A stretch of DNA of 64,000 nucleotides from an uncultured bacterium (GCA_964399495.1 CAYNQX010000011.1:16589-80588), one strand, 5' to 3'; shown: positions 8,960 to 19,386, counted from the first letter of the stretch. Program-made: numbers and translations. Notes: a model not told the origin generated them from the letters alone.

Positions 8960-10603
8960 TCAACCGCCGAAGTGCTCCTGGAAGCGGTTCACCGCCTCCT
9001 GGTTGCCGCAGACGAACACCGAATCCTGCTCCTCGAAACGGAAATCCGCGTCGAAGAGAGTGATCAGTTCCTCGCCTCGCTCCACGGCCACGATGCTGCA
9101 GCCGCTGCGTGAGCGGATGTCCAGATCGGCGGGATGGCTTCCGGCCAGAGTCCGGCCGCTCTCCTTGAGCAGCTTGAGCTGGGGGTCCAGCTCGAGGGTC
9201 TGGCGCCCGAGCAGCTTGCCCACGAGAAGGCTGCTGGCCACCTGGCTGAAGGAGAGCGCGAAGTCCGCGCCCGCGCGGTGGATCTTCTCCAGGTTCTCGG
9301 CCTCGTTGACGCGCGCGAGAATCGGCACGCCGTGGCACCTATCGCGGAGAATCACGGTGGCGAAGAGCGTGGAGATGTCCGAGTCGATGGCCAGCACGAT
9401 GCCCTGGGCCGCCTCCAGCGCCGCCCGGCTGATGGTGATCGGATCCAGGATGTCGCCCACGAGGTCGACGCCCGGCCGGTCCAGCTTGTCCAGCACCAGC
9501 ACGTGCTCGCCCGCCTCCCGCAGGAGAGCGACCACCTGGCCGCCGACCTCGCCGGAGCCCACGACGACCAGCGGACCGCGGGAGCCCACGGGGCGAGTGC
9601 CCGCCTCGAGCCGGATCAGCTGCTCGATGTTCTCGTGGGAACCCGCCACCACCAGGATGCCGCCTGGCCGGATCACCATGTCCGGTCCCGTGTCGGTGTC
9701 GAGTTCGCCCCCCACCCACTGGCCGATGACGATCGCGCCCGTGCCGGCGCCGATCGCCGCCTGGTGCAGGTCGAGTCCCGCGATACGGCTGTCCGGGTGG
9801 ACGCGGATCTGGAACACCTCCAGCTTCTCGCCAAGCTGATGGGCACCCGCCAGTGTGGGGCTCACCCGCTCGCTGGCCCGGGCCGCCAGGGCCACGGCCA
9901 GCAGGTGACGGGGCGCCAGCACCTCGGTGCTGCCGGCGATGCCCAGCACCTCGGCGTAGGTGGGATCGTTGGCCACCGTGAGGATGTCGCCCGTGAAACC
10001 TAGCTGCCGTGCGGTCAGGGCGAGGGTGGCGTTCTCCCCGTCGTTGCCGCCGGCGATCAGGGTGCGCGCGCGCATCAGGCCCGCGTCGAGCAGCGCCTCG
10101 TCGTCGAGGCTGCGGTGCACGACGGCATGGCCGAGGTCGTGCAGGCGCCGCGCCTCGTGCTCGTCCTCCTCGATCACCAGCACCTGCTGGTCGGCGCGCT
10201 CCAGCTCCCCCACCACCGAGGCCACGGCCAGGCTGTGGCGGTAGATGATGAAGTGCCCGTCCATCGAGGTCGCCTCGGTGGGCAGGCGCTGCTCGAAGCG
10301 CGACTCGAAGAACGGCACCAGGTACAGGGGGAAGATCGAGAACAGCAGCATCAGGCCCGAGAGCTGCAGGAACATCATGAGCAGGTTCATGAGCGGGTGG
10401 CTCCAGGGGGAGTCGCTGCCGTAGCCCGTGCTGGTGAGCGTCTCGAACACCACCTCGAGGCTGTTCCAGAAGTCGCGCGGGCGCTCCTCGAGATGCTCCA
10501 TGCCCGACTTGTAGAGCTGCGCCGCCACGAGCAGGAAGAGCAGCACGAGCAGCACGTTCAGGAAGAAACGGTTCTGCATCGACTTCTTACGGCGACCCGC
10601 CAC
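8960..10603 (-). CDS. potassium channel with two RCK/TrkA-N domains (Kch/MthK-like)
   Basis: Selectivity filter TLTSTGYGS after two TM helices. Two Rossmann-type RCK domains (VIGQWVGGE..., VVVGSGEVGGQ...) and a TrkA-C-like tail. Confidence 0.8.
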   Translation of the reverse strand: MAGRRKKSMQNRFFLNVLLVLLFLLVAAQLYKSGMEHLEERPRDFWNSLEVVFETLTSTGYGSDSPWSHPLMNLLMMFLQLSGLMLLFSIFPLYLVPFFESRFEQRLPTEATSMDGHFIIYRHSLAVASVVGELERADQQVLVIEEDEHEARRLHDLGHAVVHRSLDDEALLDAGLMRARTLIAGGNDGENATLALTARQLGFTGDILTVANDPTYAEVLGIAGSTEVLAPRHLLAVALAARASERVSPTLAGAHQLGEKLEVFQIRVHPDSRIAGLDLHQAAIGAGTGAIVIGQWVGGELDTDTGPDMVIRPGGILVVAGSHENIEQLIRLEAGTRPVGSRGPLVVVGSGEVGGQVVALLREAGEHVLVLDKLDRPGVDLVGDILDPITISRAALEAAQGIVLAIDSDISTLFATVILRDRCHGVPILARVNEAENLEKIHRAGADFALSFSQVASSLLVGKLLGRQTLELDPQLKLLKESGRTLAGSHPADLDIRSRSGCSIVAVERGEELITLFDADFRFEEQDSVFVCGNQEAVNRFQEHFGG

Positions 10604-10774
10604 TTCTAGCCCTCCTTCAGAGCCGTCACCAGATCATCCTCGCGCCCATTGAGGCGCGGACCGATGCCCGGGGCACCGGCGGCCCCATGAAAGGTCGCGA
10701 TGATGCGGAAATTCGCGGCAGTCTAGGCGCGGCTCGCTGGCACTGGCAAGGGATTTCCCCGGGCCGATCTCCCC

Positions 10775-11263
10775 CTAGTACAGCGCCTTCAGCGTGCCCC
10801 ATGCCGACCGGGAGGTGGGCGTGGATTCGCACTCGATGCAGTTCATGACGATGGTGTAGTCGAACACCGGATCCAGGCCGGTGTCCGCCACCGCGTAGTA
10901 GGTGCCGGGGCCGAGACAGGCGACGATCTCCTCGGGGCCGGAGTTCGTCGACCAGGCCAGGCAGTCGTTCTCGTCGCAGGAGGCCAGGAGGAACAGGTCG
11001 AGGGCGTCGATGGTGCCGCTGAGCTGAATCGTCACCTGCTGGCTCGAGGCCAGTGTGAACTCGAACACGTGCTCGCCGCCCGCACCACCGTAGAAGCCCC
11101 CCAGCCCGCAGTAGTCGTTGGCGGAGTTCGCGCCGCTGTTGTGGGTATCCGTGTAGCTCATGCCGCAGGCGAAGGGAATCGCCCCGGAACAGTCCAGAGC
11201 GAAGGCGTGAGTGGAAAGCAAGATGACGAACGCAAGAGCGAGCAAAACGGACAGCTGCTTCAA
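10775..11263 (-). CDS. small secreted protein with a PPC (bacterial pre-peptidase C-terminal)-like domain
   Basis: Signal peptide MKQLSVLLALAFVILLSTHAFA. Pattern ...VFEFTL...VTIQLSG..DALDLFLL.....GPGTYYAVAD..... matches the PPC beta-sandwich. Cys-rich. Confidence 0.45.
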   Translation of the reverse strand: MKQLSVLLALAFVILLSTHAFALDCSGAIPFACGMSYTDTHNSGANSANDYCGLGGFYGGAGGEHVFEFTLASSQQVTIQLSGTIDALDLFLLASCDENDCLAWSTNSGPEEIVACLGPGTYYAVADTGLDPVFDYTIVMNCIECESTPTSRSAWGTLKALY

Positions 11264-11309
11264 GATGATCCTCCAGTGGATGTCGTGCCGTTGCCGAAGC
11301 CCGACCGAG

Positions 11310-11753
11310 CTAAGGCGCGGTGCCGTACAGGTAGTTGTAGAGATACTCGATCGTGCTCTGCTGCTCGGTCGCCTCGAAGGCGAGAACGTCGCCGCTGGTC
11401 ACGATTCCCTGCAGCTTGCCTTCCTCCACCACGGGCAGGTGGCGGATCCTGAGCTCGGTCATCACCGATCGGCACTCCTCGAGGCTCGTCTCCAGCTTGC
11501 AGCAGGCCACGGGGGAGGTCATCACCTCGGCCACGCGGGTGGTGCCGGAATCCCGGCTTTCGGCCACGACGCGGGTGAGGATGTCGCGCTCGGTCACGAT
11601 GCCCACCACGCGATCGCCCTTCACCACGACCAGGGATCCGATGCGGCGGAGATTCATCTCCCGGGCGGCGTCCAGAGTGCTGAGATCCTCGACGATGGAG
11701 GCGACCTCGTGCCCCTTCTTCTGGAGGATATCCTTGGCTCTCTTCATATTCAC
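11310..11753 (-). CDS. CBS-pair domain protein
   Basis: Two CBS motifs (VVGIVTERDIL, LQGIVTSGDVL). Confidence 0.8.
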   Translation of the reverse strand: MNMKRAKDILQKKGHEVASIVEDLSTLDAAREMNLRRIGSLVVVKGDRVVGIVTERDILTRVVAESRDSGTTRVAEVMTSPVACCKLETSLEECRSVMTELRIRHLPVVEEGKLQGIVTSGDVLAFEATEQQSTIEYLYNYLYGTAP

Positions 11754-11913
11754 ACTCCCGCAACTTGTTTATGGCTGAATTCTTTCATTATCCTATGTCA
11801 ATTATGAACCCATGACAAGGACATTTCCAGGCTTGCACCGCCCTGGAGACGCCGTTAATCTGTCGGTTCCACCCCCATCCAACCCCCTCACCACCCAACT
11901 CTGGAGTCCAAGT

Positions 11914-13002
11914 ATGTCCGCGGATCCCATCGCCATCAAATCGATTCACCACGTCGAGATCTGGGCCGGAAACGCCAAACAGGCCGCCTATTTCTACCGC
12001 AAGGCCTTCGGATTCTCCCAGCTCGCCTACGCCGGCCTCGAGACCGGTCTCGAGGACCGAACCTCCTACTGCCTCGCCGAGAACAAGGTCCGGCTGGTCG
12101 TGAGCAGCCCTCTCGCCTCCGGCGGCCCGATGGGCAAGTTCCTCGACCAGCACGGCGACGGCGTGCGCGACATCGCCTTCCTGGTGGAGGACGCCGACGC
12201 GGCCTTCGCCGAGGCCGTCGCCCGCGGCGCCAAGCCCTTCAGCGAGCCCCGCGACCGCAGCGACGAGAACGGCACCGTCCGCCACGCCGCGATCCACACC
12301 TACGGCAACGTCGTCCACAGCCTCATCTCCATGAAGGACTACGAGGGCTGCTTCCTGCCCGGCTACCGTCTCCAGGAGATCCCCGAGGAGGGCTTCGGCT
12401 TCCGCGTGATCGACCACATCGTGGGCAACGTGGAAGAAGGTAAGATGGAGTACTGGCGCGAGTGGTACGAGAACGTGCTCGGCTGGCACCAGCATCTCTC
12501 CTTCGACGACAAGGACATCTCCACCGAGTTCACCGCGCTGCGCTCGAAGGTGATGAGCAACGAGAAGGGGAACATCCGCTTCCCCATCAACGAGCCGGCC
12601 AAGGGCAAGAAGAAGAGCCAGATCGAGGAGTACCTCGACTTCAACGAGGGCCCCGGCTCCCAGCACCTCGCCCTGCTCACGCCGGACATCATCAGCACGG
12701 TCACCAAGCTCCGCGCCGCGGGCGTCGAGTTCCTGGAAGTACCTCAGACCTACTACGAGTCACTGAATGACCGTGTGGGCACAATCGACGAGGACATCGC
12801 CACCCTGGCCAAGCTGGGCATTCTCGTCGACCGCGACGACCAGGGCTACCTGCTGCAGCTCTTCACCAAGCCGGTGGAGGATCGGCCGACGCTCTTCTTC
12901 GAGATCATCCAGCGCAAGGGCAGCAACAGCTTCGGCAAGGGCAACTTCCAGGCGCTGTTCGAATCGATCGAACGGGAGCAGGCCAACCGGGGCACGCTCT
13001 AG
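11914..13002 (+). CDS. hppD: 4-hydroxyphenylpyruvate dioxygenase
   Basis: Full-length HPPD signature (IHHVEIWAGNAKQAAYFY..., FFEIIQRKG..FGKGNFQALFESIEREQ). ATG 11914 with GGAG 8 nt upstream. The upstream part of the ORF-track frame from 11812 is an unlikely leader. Confidence 0.9.
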   Translation: MSADPIAIKSIHHVEIWAGNAKQAAYFYRKAFGFSQLAYAGLETGLEDRTSYCLAENKVRLVVSSPLASGGPMGKFLDQHGDGVRDIAFLVEDADAAFAEAVARGAKPFSEPRDRSDENGTVRHAAIHTYGNVVHSLISMKDYEGCFLPGYRLQEIPEEGFGFRVIDHIVGNVEEGKMEYWREWYENVLGWHQHLSFDDKDISTEFTALRSKVMSNEKGNIRFPINEPAKGKKKSQIEEYLDFNEGPGSQHLALLTPDIISTVTKLRAAGVEFLEVPQTYYESLNDRVGTIDEDIATLAKLGILVDRDDQGYLLQLFTKPVEDRPTLFFEIIQRKGSNSFGKGNFQALFESIEREQANRGTL

Positions 13003-13016
13003 AACGAGAGGGCGCC

Positions 13017-13964
13017 ATGCGTCTGTTCAACTACGAACGCGAGGGAAACCCCCGCGCCGGCCTCTGGCTGCGCGGACTCGGCCACGACCTGGCCGAGCTG
13101 CTGGGCGTGGCCGCCTTCGGCCCTCTGAGTCCGGAGAACCTGGGCGAGATTCCGGCCTGGCGCGACGCGCTCGGCGAGGATCCGGAGTCGAGGGCGGATC
13201 GGACCCGGCCGCTGGCGCCGGGCAGCTTCCGCTGGCTGCCGCCGGTGGTGCCCGCCGCGAGCTTCCGCGACTTCTACGCCTTCGAGGAGCACGTGGCCAC
13301 GGCGCGCGCGCGTCGCGGGCTCGAGGTGCCGGAGAACTGGTACCGCTTCCCCGTGTTCTACTTCTCCAATGCGAACGCGCTGTTCGGCCACGAGGCGGAG
13401 ATTCCCGCGCCGACCCACCCCGAAGGCAACGCCTGGCTCGACTACGAACTCGAAGTGGGCGCCGTGCTCGCCGAGGGCGGGCGGGATCTCGCGCCGGAGC
13501 AGGCCGAGTCGCGCATCGCGGGTTACTGCGTATTGAACGACTGGAGCGCGCGGCGGGTGCAGCGCGAGGAGATGGCCGTGGGCCTCGGCCCCGCCAAGGG
13601 CAAGGACTTCGCCACCTCGGTGGGCCCCTTCCTCGTGACCCCCGACGAGATCGCCCACCGCCGGGAGGGCAAGGGCTTCGACCTCGCCATGAGCGCCAGC
13701 GTGAACGGCGAGGAGCGCAGCCGCGGCAACTGGAAGAGCATCCACTACTCCTTCGGCGAGATGATCGCGCGGGCGAGCGACTGCGTCGACCTGAAGCCCG
13801 GCGACCTGTTCGGCAGCGGCACCGTGGGCGGCGGCTGCATCCTCGAACTGGGCCCGGACCCGAGCAACGGTCAAGCCGGAGGCTGGCTCGAGCCCGGCGA
13901 CGCCGTGGAGCTGAACGTGGAGGGACTCGGCAAGCTGCGCGGAACGCTCCGAAGCCAGGACTGA
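13017..13964 (+). CDS. fumarylacetoacetate hydrolase (FAH)-family protein, small ~315-aa type
   Basis: FAH-fold motifs (...NDWSARRVQREEMAVGLGPAKGKDF..., GDLFGSGTVGG). Confidence 0.75.
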   Translation: MRLFNYEREGNPRAGLWLRGLGHDLAELLGVAAFGPLSPENLGEIPAWRDALGEDPESRADRTRPLAPGSFRWLPPVVPAASFRDFYAFEEHVATARARRGLEVPENWYRFPVFYFSNANALFGHEAEIPAPTHPEGNAWLDYELEVGAVLAEGGRDLAPEQAESRIAGYCVLNDWSARRVQREEMAVGLGPAKGKDFATSVGPFLVTPDEIAHRREGKGFDLAMSASVNGEERSRGNWKSIHYSFGEMIARASDCVDLKPGDLFGSGTVGGGCILELGPDPSNGQAGGWLEPGDAVELNVEGLGKLRGTLRSQD

Positions 13965-14001
13965 ATCGACCCTCACCACCACGAGGCACCGGGAGAATCG
14001 A

Positions 14002-15153
14002 ATGCCGATCTACCATCGACTGGGAGAGATCCCCCGCAAAAGGCACGTCGTCTTCGAGCGCGAGGGCGGCGGCATGTACTACGAGCACCTCATGGGCAAC
14101 AAGGGCTTCACGGGGCCCGCGTCCACCATGTACCACCTGCGGCGGCCCACGCAGCTGCGCGAGGTGCGCCTGCTGAAGGAACTGAACTGGGAGGTCGATC
14201 CCGACGCGCGCCTTCGCCCCCGCCACCTGCGCCTGCATCGCCACGAGGCGGGCGGCGGGCCGGTGCTCGATCGCGTGCCCGCGCTGTTCAACGGCGACGT
14301 GGCGATATCCTTCGTCCAACCCGATCGCGTCGACGAGTTCTTCTACCGCAACGGCCAGGGCGACGAGCTGCTCTACGTGAGCGAGGGCGAGGGCGCGGTC
14401 GAGTCCACCATGGGCCGGCTGCCCTTCGGGCCGGGCGACTACGTCGTGATTCCGCGGGGAATCATCCATCGCATCGTGCCCGACGGCCCCTGCCGGATCC
14501 TCGTCGTGGAGAGCGCCGGCGCCGTCGAGACGCCTTCCCGCTACCGCAACGAGTTCGGCCAGTACCTCGAGCACAGCCCCTTCTGCGAGCGGGACATCCG
14601 CAGGCCCGCAGAACAGCGTGTGCATGATGAATCGGGCGAGTTCATCGTCGTCACCAAGATGGGAGGCGCCCTCCACGAGATGGTGATGGCCAACCACCCC
14701 TTCGACGTGGTGGGCTGGGACGGTCACTACTATCCCTGGGCCTTCAACATCCTCGACTTCGAGCCGCTGGTGGGGCGCCTGCACATGCCGCCGCCGATCC
14801 ATCAGACCTTCCAGAGCAGCGGCTTCGTCGTGTGCTCCTTCGTGCCGCGGCTCTACGACTTCCACCCCGATGCGATCCCCGCGCCCTACAACCACAGCAA
14901 CGTGATGACGGACGAGGTGATCTACTATGCTCGGGACAAGTTCATGAGTCGCAAGGGCATCGAGTTCGGCTCGGTGACCCTGCATCCGGACGGCTTCCCC
15001 CACGGCCCGCAGCCCGGCATGATCGAGAAGTCGGTGGGCGTGAAGGACACCGACGAACTGGCGGTGATGATCGACACCTTCCGGCCGCTCAAGGTCGCGA
15101 AGGCCGCGCTGGACACCGAGGACGAGGACTACGTCCGCAGCTGGCTGGAGTAG
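14002..15153 (+). CDS. hmgA: homogentisate 1,2-dioxygenase
   Basis: MPIYHRLGEIPRKRH N-terminus and overall HGD sequence. Confidence 0.9.
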   Translation: MPIYHRLGEIPRKRHVVFEREGGGMYYEHLMGNKGFTGPASTMYHLRRPTQLREVRLLKELNWEVDPDARLRPRHLRLHRHEAGGGPVLDRVPALFNGDVAISFVQPDRVDEFFYRNGQGDELLYVSEGEGAVESTMGRLPFGPGDYVVIPRGIIHRIVPDGPCRILVVESAGAVETPSRYRNEFGQYLEHSPFCERDIRRPAEQRVHDESGEFIVVTKMGGALHEMVMANHPFDVVGWDGHYYPWAFNILDFEPLVGRLHMPPPIHQTFQSSGFVVCSFVPRLYDFHPDAIPAPYNHSNVMTDEVIYYARDKFMSRKGIEFGSVTLHPDGFPHGPQPGMIEKSVGVKDTDELAVMIDTFRPLKVAKAALDTEDEDYVRSWLE

Positions 15154-15155
15154 CC

Positions 15156-15776
15156 ATGGCCGATTTCGACCTGGGCGCCATGGAGCGCCGCGACGTCTAC
15201 CAGCTCCTCACCCGCGTGGTGGCGCCGCGGCCCATCGCCTTCGTGAGCAGCATGGATCCCGAGGGCGGGCGCAACCTGGCGCCCTTCTCCTTCTTCACCC
15301 TGGGCGGCCTCAATCCGCCCTCGCTCGCCTTCTGCCCGGTGAACACGCGCGACGCCTTCGTCAAGGACACCGTGCGCAACATCGAGACCACGGGCGAGTA
15401 CGTGGTGAACGTGGTCACGCGCGCCATGGCCGACAAGGTGAATCAGGCGTCCTGGAACTACCCCCCCGGGGTGGACGAGTATGAAGCCGCCGGTTTCACG
15501 CCCGCCGCCAGCGAGCTCGTGGCGCCGCCCCGCGTGGCCGAGAGCCCCGTGGCGATCGAGTGTCGCCTGCACCGCATCCTGCGCCACGGCGAGGGAGCGC
15601 TGGCCAGCAACTACATCATCGGCGAGGCGCTGCGGGTGCACGTGGAGGATTCGGTCATGGACGCCGGCCACCCCGACGCGCGAAAGCTCGATCTGGTGGG
15701 CCGCCTGGGCGCCGACTGGTACGTGCGCGCCTCCCGGGACGCGCTCTTCGAGCTGCCGCGCCCCGAGGGCCCCTGA
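15156..15776 (+). CDS. flavin reductase-like (FMN-binding split barrel) domain protein
   Basis: RDVYQLLTRVVAPRPIAFVSSMDPEGGRNLAPFSFFT is typical. ATG 15156 lies 2 nt after the hmgA stop. The longer ORF-track frame is an artefact of the upstream gene overlap. Confidence 0.75.
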   Translation: MADFDLGAMERRDVYQLLTRVVAPRPIAFVSSMDPEGGRNLAPFSFFTLGGLNPPSLAFCPVNTRDAFVKDTVRNIETTGEYVVNVVTRAMADKVNQASWNYPPGVDEYEAAGFTPAASELVAPPRVAESPVAIECRLHRILRHGEGALASNYIIGEALRVHVEDSVMDAGHPDARKLDLVGRLGADWYVRASRDALFELPRPEGP

Positions 15777-15789
15777 TTCCCGAACGACG

Positions 15790-15828
15790 AAGCCGCCCGC
15801 CTCCGCGAGGAGACGGGCGGCTTTTTTC
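15790..15828. terminator. rho-independent terminator between convergent genes
   Basis: aGCCGCCCGcctccgcgaggagaCGGGCGGCtttttt: 8-bp GC stem plus T6. Confidence 0.6.
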
Positions 15829-15838
15829 GTGCCCGCGC

Positions 15839-16633
15839 TCAGGGCAACCGGTAGCGCACCGTGAACGGCCCGGTTTCGCCCGCGAAGAGAAACCGCTTCC
15901 AGAACACCAGGGGCGCGCCGTCGTGGTCGTAGCCCTTGACGCCGAAGGGCGAGGCGTCCACCAGCTCCGCGCCGCGGGGCAGCAGCACCTTGCGCATGAG
16001 GAAGGTGTCCTCGGAGAAGTCCCCCGCGAAGGAGTAGGTCCAGACGTCGCCCTCGCGGGTGACGCGGCCCGGATCGCTGTAGGCGACGTTGAACTCGTAG
16101 TTCTCCCCGGGCGCCACCGGCACCGCGAGCTTCACCTCGACGATGCGGCGTTTCTTCTTCATCCGCAGCTCGTGCGGGAGGACGTTCCCGTAGGCGTCCA
16201 CCACCCGCATGTTCTTCGTGCGCTCCACCTCCCAGTCCGCCACGCCCCAGCTCACCTTCGTGAGCAATCGTCCGCGGCCGTTCAAGCCCGAGACGTTCAC
16301 CCAGGTGACGGCCCCGCCGTCGGCCATGACCTGCTCGAACTGGCTGCGCGTCGCGACGCGGTCGCGGTGGTCGAAGTCCGGCAGCTCCTCGGAGCCGTCC
16401 ACGGTGGCGATCTGGTCGCCCGGCACGTCGTAGAACAGGGTCTCGCCGTTCTCGCCGGTGCCCTGAACGATGTAGCGGCTCTCCTGCACCGCGCGCACCC
16501 GACCCGTGATCACCTGGCCGTGGGCCATCACGATCACCGTGTCGTCCGATTTGGATCCCCGGCTCGACGCCCACGCCTCCGGCGCGGTGGCCACGAGCAG
16601 ACCGAGCATCAGGATCATCGTGTTCATCTTCAT
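15839..16633 (-). CDS. hypothetical secreted protein (signal peptide), no recognisable domain
   Basis: Signal MKMNTMILMLGLLVATAPEAWA. Overlaps the anti-sigma gene by 4 nt (ATGA), suggesting co-transcription with the ECF sigma and anti-sigma genes. Confidence 0.5.
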   Translation of the reverse strand: MKMNTMILMLGLLVATAPEAWASSRGSKSDDTVIVMAHGQVITGRVRAVQESRYIVQGTGENGETLFYDVPGDQIATVDGSEELPDFDHRDRVATRSQFEQVMADGGAVTWVNVSGLNGRGRLLTKVSWGVADWEVERTKNMRVVDAYGNVLPHELRMKKKRRIVEVKLAVPVAPGENYEFNVAYSDPGRVTREGDVWTYSFAGDFSEDTFLMRKVLLPRGAELVDASPFGVKGYDHDGAPLVFWKRFLFAGETGPFTVRYRLP

Positions 16634-17118
16634 CGCGAACCCCCTTCCGCCGACAGCTCGTCGGCGCTCAGATGACCAGGCGCAGCAGGCAGCTCCAGCG
16701 TGCCCGCCTCGAAGATGCCGCCGCCGACCTCCCAGCCGCCGTCCAGATAGACGATCACCGGGCCGCCCGTGAGGCGCGGCAGGGAGCCGTCGTTCGGGTC
16801 CAGCAGCGAGGCGAGGCCCAGGGCGAGAAGCAGGACGGCGGCGGCCAGGGTCCAGGCGCGGCCCTTGCCCCGGACGATGCGCAGGCGAACGATCTTGCCC
16901 GTCCGTTCCCCCTCGGCCCGTTCCAGGATCTCCTCCCGCAGCCCGGCGGGCGGCGCGAACTCCAGCAGGTCCCGCAGGGCCTTCCGCTCCGCGCGGCGCG
17001 CATCGGCCAGCGCCGCGCAGGATTCGCAGTCGGCCTGGTGGGCTTCGATCGCGGCGCCGTCGGCCGCTTCGCCGTCCAGCCAGCTCTCGAGGAGCGCGGC
17101 GAACTCGTCACAGCGCAT
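16630..17118 (-). CDS. anti-sigma factor, zinc-finger type with a single TM helix
   Basis: HQADCESC zinc motif near the N-terminus, central hydrophobic helix (WTLAAAVLLLALGLASLL). Overlaps the upstream ECF sigma gene. Confidence 0.65.
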   Translation of the reverse strand: MRCDEFAALLESWLDGEAADGAAIEAHQADCESCAALADARRAERKALRDLLEFAPPAGLREEILERAEGERTGKIVRLRIVRGKGRAWTLAAAVLLLALGLASLLDPNDGSLPRLTGGPVIVYLDGGWEVGGGIFEAGTLELPAAPGHLSADELSAEGGSR

Positions 17119-17659
17119 GTCCCGACCTCCTCAGGTTTTCACGCAGCATCTTCAGCGCTTTGTGTTTGCGGGACGCGACGGTGCCCGGCGCCACCTCGAG
17201 CGCCTCGGCGGTATCCAGATAGGAGAGGCCCTCCACTTCGACGAGCAGGAACACCGCGCGGAGCGGCTCGGGCAGGTCGGCCAGGGCCGCGTCCAGGGCG
17301 GCGCGCAGTTCGCGCCGCTCCAGTTCGCGGTCGGGGCCGGGGAGCTCGAGCGGCTTGCCGGGCGCGCCCGGTTCGTCGCCGGCCAACGTCAGCCAGCGCC
17401 GTTCGCTGCCGCGCTTCCTCAGCCGGCTGAGCGCGGCGTTGCGCGCGCAGCGGTAGAGAAAGGCGGAGCCGAGCTCACGGCCCTCCCGCAGGGCGGGTAG
17501 GGCCGACAGGAAGGCCTCCTGGCAGAGCTCGGCGGCGTGTTCGTCGTCGCCGGTCAGGGATCGGAGAAAGCGGAAGATCCCGGCGCCGTGGCGGTGGTAG
17601 AGGCGGGCCAGCGCGTCGCGCTCTCCGCTCTCCTTCCCCGTCTTCTTCGCCTGGATCAT
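17108..17659 (-). CDS. RNA polymerase sigma-70 factor, ECF subfamily
   Basis: Region 2 (...LYHRHGAGIFRFLRSL..., ELCQEAFL) and region 4 HTH (EGLSYLDTAEALEVAPGTVASRKHKALKML). Confidence 0.85.
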   Translation of the reverse strand: MIQAKKTGKESGERDALARLYHRHGAGIFRFLRSLTGDDEHAAELCQEAFLSALPALREGRELGSAFLYRCARNAALSRLRKRGSERRWLTLAGDEPGAPGKPLELPGPDRELERRELRAALDAALADLPEPLRAVFLLVEVEGLSYLDTAEALEVAPGTVASRKHKALKMLRENLRRSGHAL

Positions 17660-17816
17660 CGCTTCCTCCTTCCGTCGCGTCGTCGTGGAGTAAGACGCGA
17701 CGGCTCGCGATTTCTTCTCCCCAATCTAGCAGATATTGGGAAATCCTTCCCAAGGGCTTCCGGGGCTTGTTTTCGGACCGTCGGAGCTTAAGATAGGGGG
17801 CAGCGAGGAGGTGCCG

Positions 17817-18779
<963 letters not shown>

Positions 18780-18791
18780 CCGGGACGACTC

Positions 18792-18840
18792 GAAACGAAG
18801 ACGCCGCCCCCGACGATCGAGGGCGGCGTCTTCGCGTTTC
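18792..18840. terminator. long perfect hairpin (18-bp stem) between convergent nadA and the dockerin-like gene; probable bidirectional terminator/insulator
   Basis: GAAACGAAGACGCCGCCC-ccgacgatcga-GGGCGGCGTCTTCGCGTTTC. No U-tract on either side. Confidence 0.45.
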
Positions 18841-18846
18841 GTGCGG

Positions 18847-19386
18847 CTAGTGGTTGAAGTGGGCAGCGAAGTAGGCCAGATCGCCGACGGTCACGAGCAG
18901 GTCCCCGTTCATGTCCGCGCAGCTCCGGCCGGTGGACTGCCAGGCCGCGGCGAACAGGGCGAGGTCCTGCACCCTGACGGCGCAGTCCGCGTTGATGTCC
19001 GGCGAGTGGACCTGGGCGACGGTGGCCAGCAGAACACCGGTCGCGTCGATGAAGGTCACGCCGCCGTTCGCGAGACAGCAGCCGCCGATCCGCGGGTTGA
19101 AGGTGACGACCCCCGCGGCGTTGCTCACGGCGCTCATGAGCGGGAAGCCCTGGCCCGGGAAGGCGCAGAGGCTCGACGCGCAGGTTCCGTTGAAGCTCAT
19201 GAATATCGTGGCCCCAGCGCAGGGCAGGCCGGCCGCGTCGTTGACCTGCCCGACGACGGGGATGTCGCCGGAGGGACAGAGGACGATGTTGGAAGGGAAC
19301 ACGCTGGTGGTCGGAGACGCGCACTGGGCCGCGGCGAATCCGGGGAGGAGCAGCAGCAAGGTACTGAGAACGACGAGCTGTTTCAT
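18847..19386 (-). CDS. secreted Cys-rich protein with a C-terminal dockerin-like (two Ca-binding repeat) domain
   Basis: Signal MKQLVVLSTLLLLLPGFAAA. Two repeats DINADCAVRVQDLALFAAAW and DMNGDLLVTVGDLAYFAAHF matching D-x-N-x-D-x-x-V-x-x-x-D-L of dockerin repeats. Confidence 0.5.
   Translation of the reverse strand: MKQLVVLSTLLLLLPGFAAAQCASPTTSVFPSNIVLCPSGDIPVVGQVNDAAGLPCAGATIFMSFNGTCASSLCAFPGQGFPLMSAVSNAAGVVTFNPRIGGCCLANGGVTFIDATGVLLATVAQVHSPDINADCAVRVQDLALFAAAWQSTGRSCADMNGDLLVTVGDLAYFAAHFNH

Noticed and set aside
8858-10003. Plus-strand ORFs 8871-9839 and 9134-10003 opposite the K+ channel gene
   Set aside because: They are antisense to a well-supported channel gene. Their composition is Ser/Arg/Pro-rich with no domains.
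10604-10774. TGGCAC at about 10748 as a sigma-54 promoter
   Set aside because: The -12 element is AGGG rather than TTGC. The orientation and spacing do not fit either flanking gene.
12767-15003. Long ORFs 12767-14176 (+, 469 aa) and 13027-15003 (-, 658 aa) overlapping hppD / FAH / hmgA
   Set aside because: They are Arg/Pro/Gly-rich, low-complexity translations of alternative frames or the antisense strand of genes that are clearly real. They are typical high-GC artefacts.
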